Below are positions 30,158-41,313 of a DNA stretch of 64,000 nt, piece by piece. This stretch comes from Vicinamibacteria bacterium. Lineage in GTDB: Bacteria; Acidobacteriota; Vicinamibacteria; Marinacidobacterales; Marinacidobacteraceae. Positions within the stretch are counted from its first letter, which is position 1. Each line of letters opens with the position of its first letter. Location of the stretch: positions 2,400,001 to 2,464,000 of the forward strand of contig OY729431.1 of the NCBI GenBank assembly GCA_963422395.1. Direction: 5' to 3'. The position numbers were made by a program, and so were the translations under genes. The notes beneath the pieces are model-generated. The model worked only from the letters and a program-made list of their open reading frames with translations, was not told the origin of the DNA and searched no databases.

Positions 30158-32323
30158 CTGGATATTCCGGGGGTCGCGCGGCGGCCGCGGCCGGAGCTTT
30201 CTGGCCGGTTCGGGTTTCAGCGGCGGTGGATCCGGTGTCACCTCGATCAAGTCGAACTCCAGATCGGAATCCATACCGGGCAGCCGGAGCCGAAGCGCGC
30301 ACGCCTCGCTCATGTCCCGACCGACGGCAGCGTAGTCGCGGAAACTCTCGAGTGGAACGACCGAGCGGCGCTTGCTCGGGAAATCTTCGTCCCGTTTCGG
30401 AGTGAAGGACTGATATTCGCCACCATCCAATCCGTTCCCCAGGCCGACCTCGAGAGACTTCGCTGTCTCTGGCACGAGAACCTCGATTTCCTTCCCTGTC
30501 TTGCGGAATTGCGTACGCGTCATCGGAAGAAGGGTTCGACCCGCCCAATCTCCCTTTCCCGAGAGGCGCCACCAGACCCGCGGCAGGTGGACCGAGACAC
30601 CCATCTCCGACTTTCCCTCGCGGAGGAGCAAGCGCACTTCGTCGGCTTCGGGGCGGGACTGGACTCTCACCGCTCCGTCGGCGCTCAAGGAGGCATGCAG
30701 ACTCGATACCTCGGGACGCAGCCGGCCGCTGCGCCCGACGAGGCAAACGGTATCGCTGCGGCGGGAATCCGCCCCCGGCGCCAGCACCAGATCCTCCCGG
30801 AACGGCTCGCCGTTCACTCGGATCCCCTCGAGGCCGGGCCAGTAGCGGAAGGCGGCGCTATCCACGAGAGCCATTCCGCCCAGCGGATAGGTGCGCAGGA
30901 AGAACCGGCCCTTCCTCCCTTTCAGCACTTCGGCGATCGATCTCTCGGCTACGCGGAAGTTCTGACCCTTCCAACCACCCGGGCGTTCTTCCCCGACGCG
31001 CGCCCATTCGATGCCTTCCCCCACATCCAGCCTCGGCGGTTCCCCGACGAAGAGCTCCCCTTCGTCCGAGCTCTCGAAGAGAGACTCCCCCCACAGCCAG
31101 GCGCTCCGACTGGCCCCCGGCCGCCAATCCCCGATGGAACCGAGAGAGTCCGGAGAGTCGTCTTTCGAAGTGGTGAAGAAATGAGCGCGGAAATCGGGAT
31201 CCGAACAGGGCTCCGGTTCCCGGAACTCGTGCCCCTTTCGAGGCCAAGCGACAGGGGCGATCACGAGGTAGCGTCCGACGGTGATCCGCTCGCATTGCCG
31301 CCCCACCAGCAAGTCCTCAGAGCCCGAAAGCCGGAACCGGAGCGGCGTCTTCCCGTCGTCGAACAGCGGGATGCCGCCCGACTCCCCGTCGCCCCAAGCG
31401 AGCGACAACCTACCCGAGAAGGACGCCAGCGGATACTCGCTGTCCCGAGACTTCAAGTCGGTTTCGCCATGACGCATCGCCGTAACCCCCATCTCGGGAT
31501 CGACGGAAAGCACGATCTCCCACTCGTGGGAGCCGGGCGTTCTTCGGCACCGGAGTTCCGGCGGAGAGTCGGGTGGCCGGGACCGGGGCGCAATCGCTCC
31601 TGACGAACCCCGCCGCCCGCCGGTCCGGCGGGGTTCCCCCGGTTCCCGCGGCCTCTCGGGTTCCGGGGGTGGCCTCGGAGGCAGTGCGGCCTCGGGTGGG
31701 ACGGCACCTTCCGTCCGCGACTCGCCTTTCGGCAGTTCGTCCGATGGTTCGTCCGATTTCGGAGACGGAGATGCGGATCGGTCCTCCGGATCCCCGCCCT
31801 CCGCACCATCTCTCTGCGAGGGATCGGATGGCGCCGGAGGCCGCTCCGGAGGCGGGCTGCCACTCGCCCCGGGCGACTCGCCGACTCCACCCGGCGCATC
31901 GCCATTCCCGCCCGGCGCTTCATCACCGTTCCCCGCGCCCGGCGCCGGCGCGTCTCCCTCGCCATCGGCCTCGAGGACCCCTGCCCCCTCGTCCTCCTGT
32001 CCAGGCCGCCCGGCGGCTCCTTCTTCTTCCTCTGCTTCTTCGCCTTTCTCCGGTTCCTCGTCTTCCTCTGAACGCGGTTCTACCGCCTGTTTCCGACCTC
32101 CCGGCTCGGTTTCTCCATCGGCCTTCTGATCCGGCTCCAGCGGGGGACTTTCCTCCCCGCCCCCTCTATTCGACTTCGGGGCGACGACGACCGGAGAAGA
32201 CGGTGCTACACCGCCACCGGCTAAGCCGACGGGTTTCGGCGAGCGTCTGCGCCCTCTGCGCCGCCAGGTCCGGACCCCCTGGCGGAGCGCCCGGATCGCC
32301 CAGCTCAAAAGTCCGAACGCCAT
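29627..32323 (-). CDS. Large uncharacterised protein with a C-terminal ribosomal protein uS5 domain
   Basis: Uninterrupted ORF (track 29627..32443; likely start ATG 32323). Low-complexity N-terminus, ~440-aa globular middle, uS5 at the C-terminus. Overlaps the helicase start by 17 nt. Confidence 0.8.
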   Translation of the reverse strand: MAFGLLSWAIRALRQGVRTWRRRGRRRSPKPVGLAGGGVAPSSPVVVAPKSNRGGGEESPPLEPDQKADGETEPGGRKQAVEPRSEEDEEPEKGEEAEEEEGAAGRPGQEDEGAGVLEADGEGDAPAPGAGNGDEAPGGNGDAPGGVGESPGASGSPPPERPPAPSDPSQRDGAEGGDPEDRSASPSPKSDEPSDELPKGESRTEGAVPPEAALPPRPPPEPERPREPGEPRRTGGRRGSSGAIAPRSRPPDSPPELRCRRTPGSHEWEIVLSVDPEMGVTAMRHGETDLKSRDSEYPLASFSGRLSLAWGDGESGGIPLFDDGKTPLRFRLSGSEDLLVGRQCERITVGRYLVIAPVAWPRKGHEFREPEPCSDPDFRAHFFTTSKDDSPDSLGSIGDWRPGASRSAWLWGESLFESSDEGELFVGEPPRLDVGEGIEWARVGEERPGGWKGQNFRVAERSIAEVLKGRKGRFFLRTYPLGGMALVDSAAFRYWPGLEGIRVNGEPFREDLVLAPGADSRRSDTVCLVGRSGRLRPEVSSLHASLSADGAVRVQSRPEADEVRLLLREGKSEMGVSVHLPRVWWRLSGKGDWAGRTLLPMTRTQFRKTGKEIEVLVPETAKSLEVGLGNGLDGGEYQSFTPKRDEDFPSKRRSVVPLESFRDYAAVGRDMSEACALRLRLPGMDSDLEFDLIEVTPDPPPLKPEPARKLRPRPPRDPRNIQVERTGAPDLKDKVVSINRVTKVVKGGKNLSFSALVVVGNEDGRVGFGLGKAREVPAAIKKGTEIAKKNLTAIPREGSTIAHQVVGVFGAARVLLKPASRGTGVIAGGPARAVIELAGIGDILTKSLGSKNPKNVVEATMTGLLSLRSKAGVAELRGKDLSYIEMEFEGERADAHSK

Positions 32324-32524
32324 GGAGATCGGGGGCGGCGAAAACTGGCCACATATCCACCATATCCCCGAGGAGCGACAAAATGAAGCCACCCCGTCCA
32401 TTGCCCGAATTCGGAGCCTTTCCCGCTCCGCCGCAGAGCCCACCGAGGCTGCGTAGGCGGGGGCGCCGCTCTCACCCCAGCGAGCGGTCGTGCTGTCCGG
32501 CGGGCTTCCCTCTCGTTTCGGCCT

Positions 32525-34063
32525 TCAGCGGATCTTTTCGGAGTAGTTGACGCCGACGAAGACTCGCACCACCGCGCCTTCTTCATCCACCGCGAAACGC
32601 ACCAGCTCGCCGTGGGCGCCGAAGCCGTCGCTCTCGAGCCGGAACTCATGCGGCTCGCCGGTGGGTCTCAGGATGCCCTGCGAGCGGTCCGGGTTTTCGG
32701 AGAGCGGGGAGAGGAGGACGAGTTCGTCTTCCAATCGCAGCACGCTGGTGTCTCCCCAGCGGCTCCGGTAGGTCCCCAGATAGATCTCCCATTCCGGTTC
32801 GAAGGCGGTGGTCGCTTCCTCGTCGTCGGCCTCTTCTTCGGTGAGGTGCGGGGCGACCCACTCGAACGCCTTTTCGACGAAGCGGCCGGGGTTTCCGTCG
32901 CCACCGTTCGTGAAGACGGAGACTCCGACCTTCTCCTCGGGGCTGAGCAGCGTCTGGGTGCGGTAGCCGGGATAGGAACCGCCGTGGCCGATCAGGTCGC
33001 GGTCCTCGGTGTGGCGCACCGAAAAGCCGAGCCCCCAGCCGCTCTCCCAGGAGGGCTGGAGCCAGTGGACCCGCTGCATTTCGAGCAGGGTGTTCGAGGA
33101 CAACACCTCTTCGCTCTCGCGGTCGCGGACCCGCATCTGCCACTTCAGGAAGCGCAGCATGTCGGGCACCGTGGAGGACACCCCGGTCGCCGGATCGAAG
33201 GCGCGGGCGTCCACGAAGGGGTAACGCTCCCGGCTGCCGTCGGGCATTCGCCGCCCGTAGCCGGTGGCGAGGCGGGCGGCTTGGCCCGCCGGAACCGGCC
33301 CCACGCTGGTGGAATCCATGCCCAGCGGCTCCAGGATGCCGGAGTTCACGAGCTCCTCGAACGACGCTCCGCCAGCGGCCTCGGCCGCCATCCCCGCGAG
33401 GGTGAACCCGAGGTTCGAGTACTTCCACTTCGTCTCGGTCGCGTAGGTCGTCTCCTGGTCCGACACCGTGTTCCGCACCGCCTCGGGCTCGGGGAACTCG
33501 AAGTCGGTCCATGCCGGATGGATCGACTCGCGGGGGAGGCCGGCGGTATGGGTCAGCAGGTGCCGCAAGGTCACCGGACGGGCTTCGGCATGGCGGTTTT
33601 CGATGTCGAACCAGGGGAGGTGCCGGGTGATCTCATCGTCGAGCCGGAGCGCGCCGGAATCGCGCAGCCGCATCACCGCGATCGCGGTGAACAGTTTGGA
33701 ATGCGAGGCGATGCGGAAGATCGAGTCCTCGGTCATCGGCGCCTCGGGATCGAGCGAGGCGTGCCCGTACGCCTGCTGCCAGACGACCTCCTGGTCGTGG
33801 ACGATCCCGATCACCAGACCGGGGAGCCCGGAGTACTCGAGCTGCGCCCGGATCCACTCGTCCAGCAGGGTGATCCCCGCCCGGACCTTCGCGTCCCTCG
33901 CTTCCGCAGACGCGCCCGCTGCGGACCCGGCGGCCGGCCATGTAGTTGGCCATGCGGTTGAAGGCGGCGCGGCGAGAGCCAGCGGCACGGCGAACCCGCC
34001 CGTCAGCAGCGCCGCCGCCGCGAACCGATGCAGCGCCGCGATCGTGATCTTCTTCGGTTTCAT
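32525..34063 (-). CDS. Serine hydrolase, beta-lactamase/AmpC-like family
   Basis: SxxK (ASHSK), LLTHTAGL, YSN and HGG. Signal-peptide-like N-terminus. Confidence 0.9.
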   Translation of the reverse strand: MKPKKITIAALHRFAAAALLTGGFAVPLALAAPPSTAWPTTWPAAGSAAGASAEARDAKVRAGITLLDEWIRAQLEYSGLPGLVIGIVHDQEVVWQQAYGHASLDPEAPMTEDSIFRIASHSKLFTAIAVMRLRDSGALRLDDEITRHLPWFDIENRHAEARPVTLRHLLTHTAGLPRESIHPAWTDFEFPEPEAVRNTVSDQETTYATETKWKYSNLGFTLAGMAAEAAGGASFEELVNSGILEPLGMDSTSVGPVPAGQAARLATGYGRRMPDGSRERYPFVDARAFDPATGVSSTVPDMLRFLKWQMRVRDRESEEVLSSNTLLEMQRVHWLQPSWESGWGLGFSVRHTEDRDLIGHGGSYPGYRTQTLLSPEEKVGVSVFTNGGDGNPGRFVEKAFEWVAPHLTEEEADDEEATTAFEPEWEIYLGTYRSRWGDTSVLRLEDELVLLSPLSENPDRSQGILRPTGEPHEFRLESDGFGAHGELVRFAVDEEGAVVRVFVGVNYSEKIR

Positions 34064-34085
34064 CGCTCCGACCCGAAAAGCCGCC

Positions 34086-35309
34086 TCAGCGGCGGAAGAC
34101 GACCGCCCCATCCACCAGCACCACCGCGGTCCGGGCGTAGGTGCCGATCGGGTGGGAGTCCCAGATCACCACATCGCCGTCGAGGCCGGGGGCGAGGGTT
34201 CCGATCCGGTCCGCCACCCCGAGGATCGCCGCCGCATCGGCGGTGACCGCGGTCAGCGCCGCCTCGCGCGGCAGCCCGTGCGCCCAGGCGATCACCGCCT
34301 CCACCGCCACGGAACGACCGCGGGAGTCGAATGTCGAAAGCGCGATCCGCACCCCGGCCTGGTGGAGGATCCCGGCGGCCGCCGGAGTGTGCCCCGCGAG
34401 TTCCATCGGGCCGCCGTCGCCGATGGCGAGGATCGAGGGCCCCACCACCACCGGAATGCCGGCCTCGGCCAGCCGGCCGGCCAGCGCCGGCGCCCCCGCC
34501 GCCTGGTCCAGCACCAGGCGAAGGTCGAATTCGCCCGCCACCCGCAGCGCGGTCTCGATGTCGTCCGGCTTGTTGGCGAGCATCCGCAGCGGCAACTCTC
34601 CGGCGAGCAGGCGCCCGAGCGTGCGGCCCGCCTCGCCCGAGATGGCGTCCTCGCCGGCGCGCACCAGCGTGTTCCGAAGGTCGAAGATCATCCCCTGACG
34701 GGTGGTGCGCCCGCGGGGGGCCTCGGCGCCCGGCGGAGTGTCCCCGACTGCGGATTCCCCGAAGGAGGCGGCGATCGCGACCTCTTCGGCGAGGACAGCG
34801 GTCTCGGCTGGGCCGAAAAGCTTCACCACCGCGCCGGTCCCGCCGAGCAGGAGCCGCGGGTCGGGGGCCAGATAGACCGCAGTGACCCCGGCGCACAGCC
34901 ACTCCGGAGCCAGACCCTCCCGGAAACGGTCTCCGGCGCGGGCCGCCGGAAGGATCGTCTCACCGGGTTCCCCGGCCAGATTCACGAGCGAACCGCCCGA
35001 TCCCGGCACCGAACCGAGCAGCGTCTGCGCATCGAGGAATCCCGGGGTCACCACCATCCCGGCGGCAGAGATCACTTCGGCGCCCTCGGGAACCTCGATT
35101 CCTCCGCCCACTGCAGTGATCTTCCCGTCCTCGAGGAGCACCGAGGCGTCCGGCAGCACCTCGCCGGTTCCGGTATGGACCTCGCCGCCCACGATCGCGA
35201 CCGACTGCGCCCGGGCGGCCGCCGGGGCCGAAACTGCAACGGCAGCGGCGGCGAGCAGGACGGCGAACGAGCGCTTCCGCAACTCGGAAGCCGGCGAACT
35301 CGGCATCAC
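34086..35309 (-). CDS. Amidohydrolase-family protein (probably lacking metal ligands)
   Basis: VTPGFLDAQT (HxH absent) and GTLAPGLDGDVVIW. Start GTG 35309 or ATG 35306 overlaps the upstream stop. Confidence 0.8.
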   Translation of the reverse strand: MMPSSPASELRKRSFAVLLAAAAVAVSAPAAARAQSVAIVGGEVHTGTGEVLPDASVLLEDGKITAVGGGIEVPEGAEVISAAGMVVTPGFLDAQTLLGSVPGSGGSLVNLAGEPGETILPAARAGDRFREGLAPEWLCAGVTAVYLAPDPRLLLGGTGAVVKLFGPAETAVLAEEVAIAASFGESAVGDTPPGAEAPRGRTTRQGMIFDLRNTLVRAGEDAISGEAGRTLGRLLAGELPLRMLANKPDDIETALRVAGEFDLRLVLDQAAGAPALAGRLAEAGIPVVVGPSILAIGDGGPMELAGHTPAAAGILHQAGVRIALSTFDSRGRSVAVEAVIAWAHGLPREAALTAVTADAAAILGVADRIGTLAPGLDGDVVIWDSHPIGTYARTAVVLVDGAVVFRR

Positions 35310-36637
35310 CAGCCCTTCGGCACCCGGTCGCCGAAGATGTTGAATCCGGTATCGCGGTTGAAGACCTCCACTCCGTCCACGAACACCTGCATGACGAGGT
35401 TTTCCCAGGCGAGCGGGTCCTCGCCGCCGAGGATCGCGATGTCGGCGTCCTTGCCCGGTTCGAGGCTGCCGATCCGCTCTTCGAGATGGAAGATGCGGGC
35501 GCCGTTCAGGGTGAGTGCGCGCAGCGCTGCTTCGGGCGGCATGCCGCGCCGCACGAACAGCGCGGCGGTGTGGCGCAGGAAGTACGCATGTCCGTCGGGG
35601 GGATCCTGATGGAAGGCGACCACCCCGCCGAGCTCTGCGAGCCGGACCGGACCGGCGAGATCGGCGCCCTCCGGGCTGTCCTGCGGCAGGACCGGCCCGA
35701 AACTCACGGGAACTCCGAGCCGCGCCATCTCCTCGGCGTGGTCCGTGGTCCGGCCGCCGTGGTGGATGTAGAGGTCGAGATCGAAGCGCCGCTTCAGCTC
35801 GAGGGCGTACTCCATCTGTTCTCGGCTGCTCGAATGGACGCCGACGACCCACTCGCGGGTGAGGAGCTTTCCGAACGCCTCGCGCGCGAGGTCCCGCGGC
35901 GGTCTCGGACTTTGCGGATCGGCATGGTGTACAGCGAGGGCGTCGAGGTATTCGCGGGCGGTTTCTAGTTCGGCGGCGAGAAGTTCGAAGACGCCCTCCT
36001 CGGTGGTCGGGAACCCCGGATAGGGAGTCGTCGCCCGGATCGCGAACTTCATCCCGCCGGGGGCGAGGAACATGTCCTCCACGGTGCCGCCGCGCATCTT
36101 CAAGAGCACCGACTGCCCGCTGTTGGGGCTCCGGCTGCCGGTGGTGATGTTCTGGGAGGTGATCCCGCCGGCGACCGCCAGCGCGAACGCCGGATCTCCC
36201 GAGTCCAGCCCGTCCATCGCCCGCACCTGCGCGTTGATCGGCACCGAGAGTTCGTTGTTGTTCGAGCCGGTGGCGGGCAGGTTCAGCACCTTGAAGCCGG
36301 TGTGGGAGTGGGTCTCGATCAGGCCGGGGATGACGCTCTTCCCGGTCGCGTCCACGACCTGCGCTCCGGCGGGAACGGCGACCGCACCGCCCACCGCCTC
36401 GATCTTCCCGTTCCGGATCAGCACCGTGCCCCCCGGGATCGGATCCGAACTCACCGGATACACGAGCCCGCCGGTGATCGCGATCAGCCCCGACTCGGTG
36501 CCCGCCGGGCCGCAGCCTGCCGCCGCGAGGAGCGAGGCCGCAAACGAAGCGGCACCGAGGAATACGGCGGCCACTCCTCTCTCGGATCCTTCCCCGAGGG
36601 GTTCCCCAAGCACTCTCCGGCTCACTCTCCCCTCCAT
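35306..36637 (-). CDS. Amidohydrolase-family protein
   Basis: Motifs PGLIETHSH and GSLEPGKDADI. Start trimmed to 36637. Confidence 0.85.
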   Translation of the reverse strand: MEGRVSRRVLGEPLGEGSERGVAAVFLGAASFAASLLAAAGCGPAGTESGLIAITGGLVYPVSSDPIPGGTVLIRNGKIEAVGGAVAVPAGAQVVDATGKSVIPGLIETHSHTGFKVLNLPATGSNNNELSVPINAQVRAMDGLDSGDPAFALAVAGGITSQNITTGSRSPNSGQSVLLKMRGGTVEDMFLAPGGMKFAIRATTPYPGFPTTEEGVFELLAAELETAREYLDALAVHHADPQSPRPPRDLAREAFGKLLTREWVVGVHSSSREQMEYALELKRRFDLDLYIHHGGRTTDHAEEMARLGVPVSFGPVLPQDSPEGADLAGPVRLAELGGVVAFHQDPPDGHAYFLRHTAALFVRRGMPPEAALRALTLNGARIFHLEERIGSLEPGKDADIAILGGEDPLAWENLVMQVFVDGVEVFNRDTGFNIFGDRVPKGW

Positions 36638-36751
36638 ACCGCCCGGAAACCGACTATAGCAGCCTGCTGGCAAGAGTGCCCCGATCGCCATCCCGCCCTC
36701 GCAAGGCTCGGGGCCCCGCCGCTTCCGAACCCCGGCGATAGAATTCCGGGC

Positions 36752-37816
36752 ATGCGTGAGGTGGGAGGCACGGGAACCGCAGTGCTGGAGCAGCTCCGAA
36801 CCGGTGCGAAACGAGCCGACGCGAAACCGGTCGGTGCGCCTCGGCACAGCGAGAGTTGGACTCCGGTGTCCGCCCTGGAGTTCGTGGGCTATGAGTCCTG
36901 CCGGATGACGCTCGCGGAGTACGAGAACTACCCCGAAGACCCCGAAGACGGGCGCAAGATCGAGTTCTTCGATTCGGCGGCAGGCCTCGCCTGGATGGTC
37001 GAGGATTCGCCGAATCTCCCGCACGAGGACCCGGTCCGCAGGCTGGTGGCGCTCGTGCAGGAGATCGCCATCACCCGCGGATCGCCGATTCGGTGCCGCG
37101 GCGCGGGGTCGCTGCAGCTGCGGGACGCCGATTCACGGCGGATGCGGGCCCTCCACCCGGACGAGATGGTCTTCTTGCATCCGGAACGCTCCCATACCGC
37201 CGACCCGGAGTTCCTGGCGGCGGGGAAAGATTCCTACCCGGAGGTGGTGCTGGAGGTGGACCACACCTGCGACATCCGCCGCGGCAAGCTGAAGCTCTAT
37301 GAGGAGTGGGGCTTTCCGGAGTTGTGGGTCGAGGTTCCGAACGTGTATTCACGGAGCCGGCCGCGGCGGCTGCAAGCGGAGCTCAGGATCTACCTGCTGG
37401 AGGGGGAGCGGTACGCGATGGCGGCGGAGAGCCGGGCGTTTCCGGGCTGGCGGGCGGAGGAGATCCACCGGGCGCTGAACGAGGTGGTGATCTCGGAGGA
37501 GACTTCGGCGGTGCTTTCGCGGGTGGGGCGCGCCCTCGGAGAGCGCGAGGGAACCGGGCCGGAAGATCACCCGCTGCTCGCTTCCCTCGGCCGCCGGAGA
37601 CAGGCGGCGGGACGCGAAGCGGGACGAGTCGAGGGACGGATCGAGGGGCGGGCCGGGATGGTGCGCGCGATCCTGGCGTCGCGGGGCATCGAGATAGCCG
37701 CGGATTTTCCGCCCGCGGGCTACCGGGCCGCCCTTTCGGCGGCTTCGGACGCGGCCACGCTTTCGGCAGCCGCTTCGGCGTCTAGCGAAGCCGATTTCCT
37801 GAATCGGCTCGGATAA
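36752..37816 (+). CDS. Uma2-family (PD-(D/E)xK) endonuclease-like protein
   Basis: Motifs HPDE, PEVVLEVD and KLKLYEEWGFPELW; C-terminal EGRxEG repeats. Confidence 0.8.
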   Translation: MREVGGTGTAVLEQLRTGAKRADAKPVGAPRHSESWTPVSALEFVGYESCRMTLAEYENYPEDPEDGRKIEFFDSAAGLAWMVEDSPNLPHEDPVRRLVALVQEIAITRGSPIRCRGAGSLQLRDADSRRMRALHPDEMVFLHPERSHTADPEFLAAGKDSYPEVVLEVDHTCDIRRGKLKLYEEWGFPELWVEVPNVYSRSRPRRLQAELRIYLLEGERYAMAAESRAFPGWRAEEIHRALNEVVISEETSAVLSRVGRALGEREGTGPEDHPLLASLGRRRQAAGREAGRVEGRIEGRAGMVRAILASRGIEIAADFPPAGYRAALSAASDAATLSAAASASSEADFLNRLG

Positions 37817-37973
37817 CAGGACGAGGTTTCCGGCACCCGATCCAACCTCCCGAAAACGCCGGTCTCCCCAAACGACAGTCGGCCGGCGAATGTCGCGCCG
37901 ACAGGTATTCGACCGAAGATCCGCGGCGCGCCTGCGAAGTCAGCGCGTGAGCGTCATTCCGACCAGGCACTCG

Positions 37974-37998
37974 TTAGCAGCCTGTGGACAAAGTCACA
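37974..37998 (+). mobile_element. Isolated copy of the MITE/IS left end
   Basis: TTAGCAGCCTGTGGACAAAGTCACA is identical (25/25) to 12039-12063. Confidence 0.8.
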
Positions 37999-37999
37999 G

Positions 38000-38353
38000 C
38001 TAGCCGAGAGGTCGGCGGTCGCCGCCAGCTACGGAGCCGGCGAGGTCATTCGCACACCGGCCCACTTGGTGTTGTCGAAAGCCCGGAACATGAGCGGTCA
38101 TCAACGCTCTGAACAGCTTGCCGTGGTTGGGCACCCGCAGGTGGAGCAATTCGTGAACGATGACGAAGTCCTGAAAGTCCGGTTCGCGATCGGCGAGGTC
38201 GCCGGCCAGAGTCACGGTCCCGGAAGTCGAGCACGAGCCCCACTTCCGCACCATGCGCTGAACCCGCACGAGCCGCGGTCGGACCCGCAGCCGCCGCGAC
38301 CAGATTTCGACGCGGCGCCGCAGCGCCTCGCGCCGCTCGTCAGCCGCCTCCAT
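38000..38353 (-). CDS. YgjP/M48-like Zn metallopeptidase, type I R-M associated
   Basis: Motifs KWGSCS and [12 protein letters not shown]; overlaps the hsdR 3' end. Confidence 0.88.
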   Translation of the reverse strand: MEAADERREALRRRVEIWSRRLRVRPRLVRVQRMVRKWGSCSTSGTVTLAGDLADREPDFQDFVIVHELLHLRVPNHGKLFRALMTAHVPGFRQHQVGRCANDLAGSVAGGDRRPLG

Positions 38354-41294
38354 CGCTCTTCGCGGCCAGCAGAATGGAGAGGATGCGCTTCACGACCGGT
38401 GCTCGTTCCTTCCCTCCGAGTCGCAGCAGCGGCCGATAGAGGGCGGCGCGGAGCCGCCGCTCCTCTTCGGGATTGTCCGCCGCGCCCGGGAAGCGGGCCA
38501 GCAGCGCCTCCGCCTCCCGCGCCAGCTCCGCCGCCTGGATATCGGCGGCGCGAAGACCCGGATCGTCCTTCAGCGTCCACGAGATCCCGAACGCCCGCGG
38601 CGAGAGTTCGCTTTTCTCCAGGGCCTCGATAGCCGCCGCCTTTTCCCGGGCGAGGTCGGCCAACCGGTCGAGTGCGGCCAGCGCGGAGGTCGTGCGCTCC
38701 TCCAGGTCCTGCAGGATCCGTTCGGCGCGCTTTTTCAGAGGCAGCAGTATCACCTGCGCTTCCGGCTGCTCCTCGATTTCCTTCCGTAATCCGCGCACGA
38801 GATCGAAAACCTTGCTCTCGTCCGATCTGGACTGCCCGCGAAGTGCTTCTAGCGTCTCGAGGTCGAAGTCCACGCTCCGCACACCGAACCCCAACCCCTC
38901 CTGGACCCCGCTTTCCTGCACCAGCGCCGTCGTCTTGGCGCCCAGCTCCGCTGGGTAGTCGAAGCGGCGCGCGTAGGCGTTTTGCACAGTGGCGTAGAGG
39001 CGGGAAAGCCTCCGGTAGGTTGCGATCGAGTCCCGCAGCGCCGCCGACGGCGACAGGATCTCCCAGAGATCGCTGATCTCCCGATAGGCGGCGAAGAACT
39101 CGCGTCGCCGCACCGGGTCCAGAAAACACCCGTACACGACCTTCTCGAGGCGCTCGTCCTCCCCGCCGGCGCTTTCGTCCTCGAGCCAGTCGGCCTTCGC
39201 CCGGGCGATCTTCCCGTGAAAGTCCTGCATCAGCAGATCGAGGTCTTCGATCACGCCGCTGATGTCGGAAGAATCGAACCGCAAGGCCTTTTTCAACTCT
39301 CGTAGGACGCCGATGAAATCGACGACGAGGCCGAACCGCTTGCGGGCGCCGCCTTCGATCGCATGAGGGCGGTTCACCCGCGCGATCGCCTGCAAGAGCA
39401 CATGATCGCGCATCGGCTTGTCGAGATACAGGCAGTAGAGAAGCGGTGCGTCGAAACCGGTGAGCAGCTTGTCGGTGACGATGAGGATCTTCGGGTTTTC
39501 GTTCGCCTTCCGGAATCTCAGGCGGGTGTCCGCCTCCTGCTCCGGAGAGAGCTGGAGCTCGGCGACGAGCGGGCGGTCCACGATGTCGCCGGAACTCGCG
39601 GTATAGACCGGAGCGGTCCATGCCGACGGCAGAAGACGGTCGAGTGCGCGCTTGTACCGGGCGCAGGCTTCCCGATTCACTCCGACGAGGAACGCCTTGT
39701 AATCGAGCGGCGCCACATTCTCGAGGAAATGCCGGGCGACGAACGCCGCCACTCTCCCGATGCGGTCGTCGGCGGTCAGGAACGAGCGCAGGCCGACCGC
39801 CCGATCCAGCACCCGGTTGAGCTCCTCGATGTCGGTTATGCCCTCCTCCTCGGCCAGTTCGAAGAATTCCCGGTCGAGCCGCTCCAGCGGAACGGTCATT
39901 TCGCTCGGCGCCATGGTGTGGCGGATCGGCAGCGTGGTCTCGTCGGCGATGGACTCGGCGATGGTGTACTTGTCGAGATACCCCTGCTCATCGTCGGCGC
40001 CGAAGATCTTGAAGGTGCCCGTCCCGTGCGCGGTCCGGTCGATCGGGGTGCCGGTGAAACCGATGATCGTGGCGTTCGGGATCGCCGCCATCAGATAGCT
40101 GCCCATATCTCCGGCGACCGAGCGGTGCGCCTCGTCGAGGAACACGAAGATGTTGCGGCGGAGGTTGGCGTCCTTCTCGATCCCCTCGAACTTGTGGATC
40201 ATCGAGAGGATCAGTCCGCGTCTGTCGGTGTGGAGCAGATCCCGAAGCTCGGCCTTCGATTCCGCCTGCCCGACCGGAATGTCCTGCTGCTGCATTTCGC
40301 CGAGAAGCCGTTCGACCCAGCCCGCCAGCTGCCCCTCGAGTTCCCTCCGGTCCACCACGACGATCACGGTGGGGTTTCCGAAGCGGTTCGCGCCGTCCTG
40401 CACGATCAGGCGGGCGGCGGTCAGCAGCGTGAATGTCTTGCCGGAACCCTGGGTGTGCCAGATGAGTCCGCGCCGTTTCGCTGGCTCGGCACAGCGCTCG
40501 ACGATGCGCTCGGCGGCGCGGCGTTGGTGCTGGCGCAATATCGACTTCCGGGTCTCGCCGTCCTCGATGTAGAAGAGGATCCAGTCCCGGAGCGTGCGCA
40601 GGAAATCGGTCGGTTCGAAAAACGACTGGACGGCGAACCGGTAGCTGTCTTCCCGCGGCTCCTTCCAGCGCGCCGCGAAGCGGCGCGTGGCGTTCCAGGT
40701 CACGCCGTACCGGGTTTCGAGGAGATCGGTGACATTGAAGAGCTGCGCTGCGCCCATCAGCTCGGGCGTCTCGATCTCATAGCGCCGCAGCTGCCTGATT
40801 CCCCGCCCGACGGCGTCGGGATCGGCCGGATTCTTGTGCTCGACGATGGCGGCCGGCACGCCGTTGACGACGAACATCACATCGGCGCGGTTTCCCTTCC
40901 TGGCCGGAGGCTCGATCCTCCACTCCCAGGTGACATGGAGGGCGTTCGCTCCCGGCGTCTCGAAGTCGACCAGCCGGACATGCCGACTGCGTTCTTCGGC
41001 CTCGTCGTACCACTGCCGCTCGCCCCGCAGCCAGGTGAGCATTTCCCGGTTTCCCTCGATGGTCGGCGGAATGGCTTCCAGCTTCTCGACGACCGAGCGG
41101 ACCGAATCGTCCATCATCCAGGGGTTGAAACGATGGAGCGCTCCCTCGACCTCATCGCGAAACAGCATCCGGTCCACACCGCCCCGCTTCCCGATCGCGG
41201 CCTTCGGCGCGAGCGGCGCCCAGCCGATCTCCGCCGCATGGCGGACCATCGGAAACTGCACCGAACCCGCCTCGCTGATCCGGAGATCGCTCAC
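38340..41294 (-). CDS. hsdR: Type I restriction enzyme R subunit
   Basis: Nuclease [37 protein letters not shown] and LQAIARVNR. Start set at GTG 41294. Confidence 0.95.
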   Translation of the reverse strand: MSDLRISEAGSVQFPMVRHAAEIGWAPLAPKAAIGKRGGVDRMLFRDEVEGALHRFNPWMMDDSVRSVVEKLEAIPPTIEGNREMLTWLRGERQWYDEAEERSRHVRLVDFETPGANALHVTWEWRIEPPARKGNRADVMFVVNGVPAAIVEHKNPADPDAVGRGIRQLRRYEIETPELMGAAQLFNVTDLLETRYGVTWNATRRFAARWKEPREDSYRFAVQSFFEPTDFLRTLRDWILFYIEDGETRKSILRQHQRRAAERIVERCAEPAKRRGLIWHTQGSGKTFTLLTAARLIVQDGANRFGNPTVIVVVDRRELEGQLAGWVERLLGEMQQQDIPVGQAESKAELRDLLHTDRRGLILSMIHKFEGIEKDANLRRNIFVFLDEAHRSVAGDMGSYLMAAIPNATIIGFTGTPIDRTAHGTGTFKIFGADDEQGYLDKYTIAESIADETTLPIRHTMAPSEMTVPLERLDREFFELAEEEGITDIEELNRVLDRAVGLRSFLTADDRIGRVAAFVARHFLENVAPLDYKAFLVGVNREACARYKRALDRLLPSAWTAPVYTASSGDIVDRPLVAELQLSPEQEADTRLRFRKANENPKILIVTDKLLTGFDAPLLYCLYLDKPMRDHVLLQAIARVNRPHAIEGGARKRFGLVVDFIGVLRELKKALRFDSSDISGVIEDLDLLMQDFHGKIARAKADWLEDESAGGEDERLEKVVYGCFLDPVRRREFFAAYREISDLWEILSPSAALRDSIATYRRLSRLYATVQNAYARRFDYPAELGAKTTALVQESGVQEGLGFGVRSVDFDLETLEALRGQSRSDESKVFDLVRGLRKEIEEQPEAQVILLPLKKRAERILQDLEERTTSALAALDRLADLAREKAAAIEALEKSELSPRAFGISWTLKDDPGLRAADIQAAELAREAEALLARFPGAADNPEEERRLRAALYRPLLRLGGKERAPVVKRILSILLAAKSDGGG

Positions 41295-41313
41295 GACCGG
41301 ACCTTCCGCTGGG

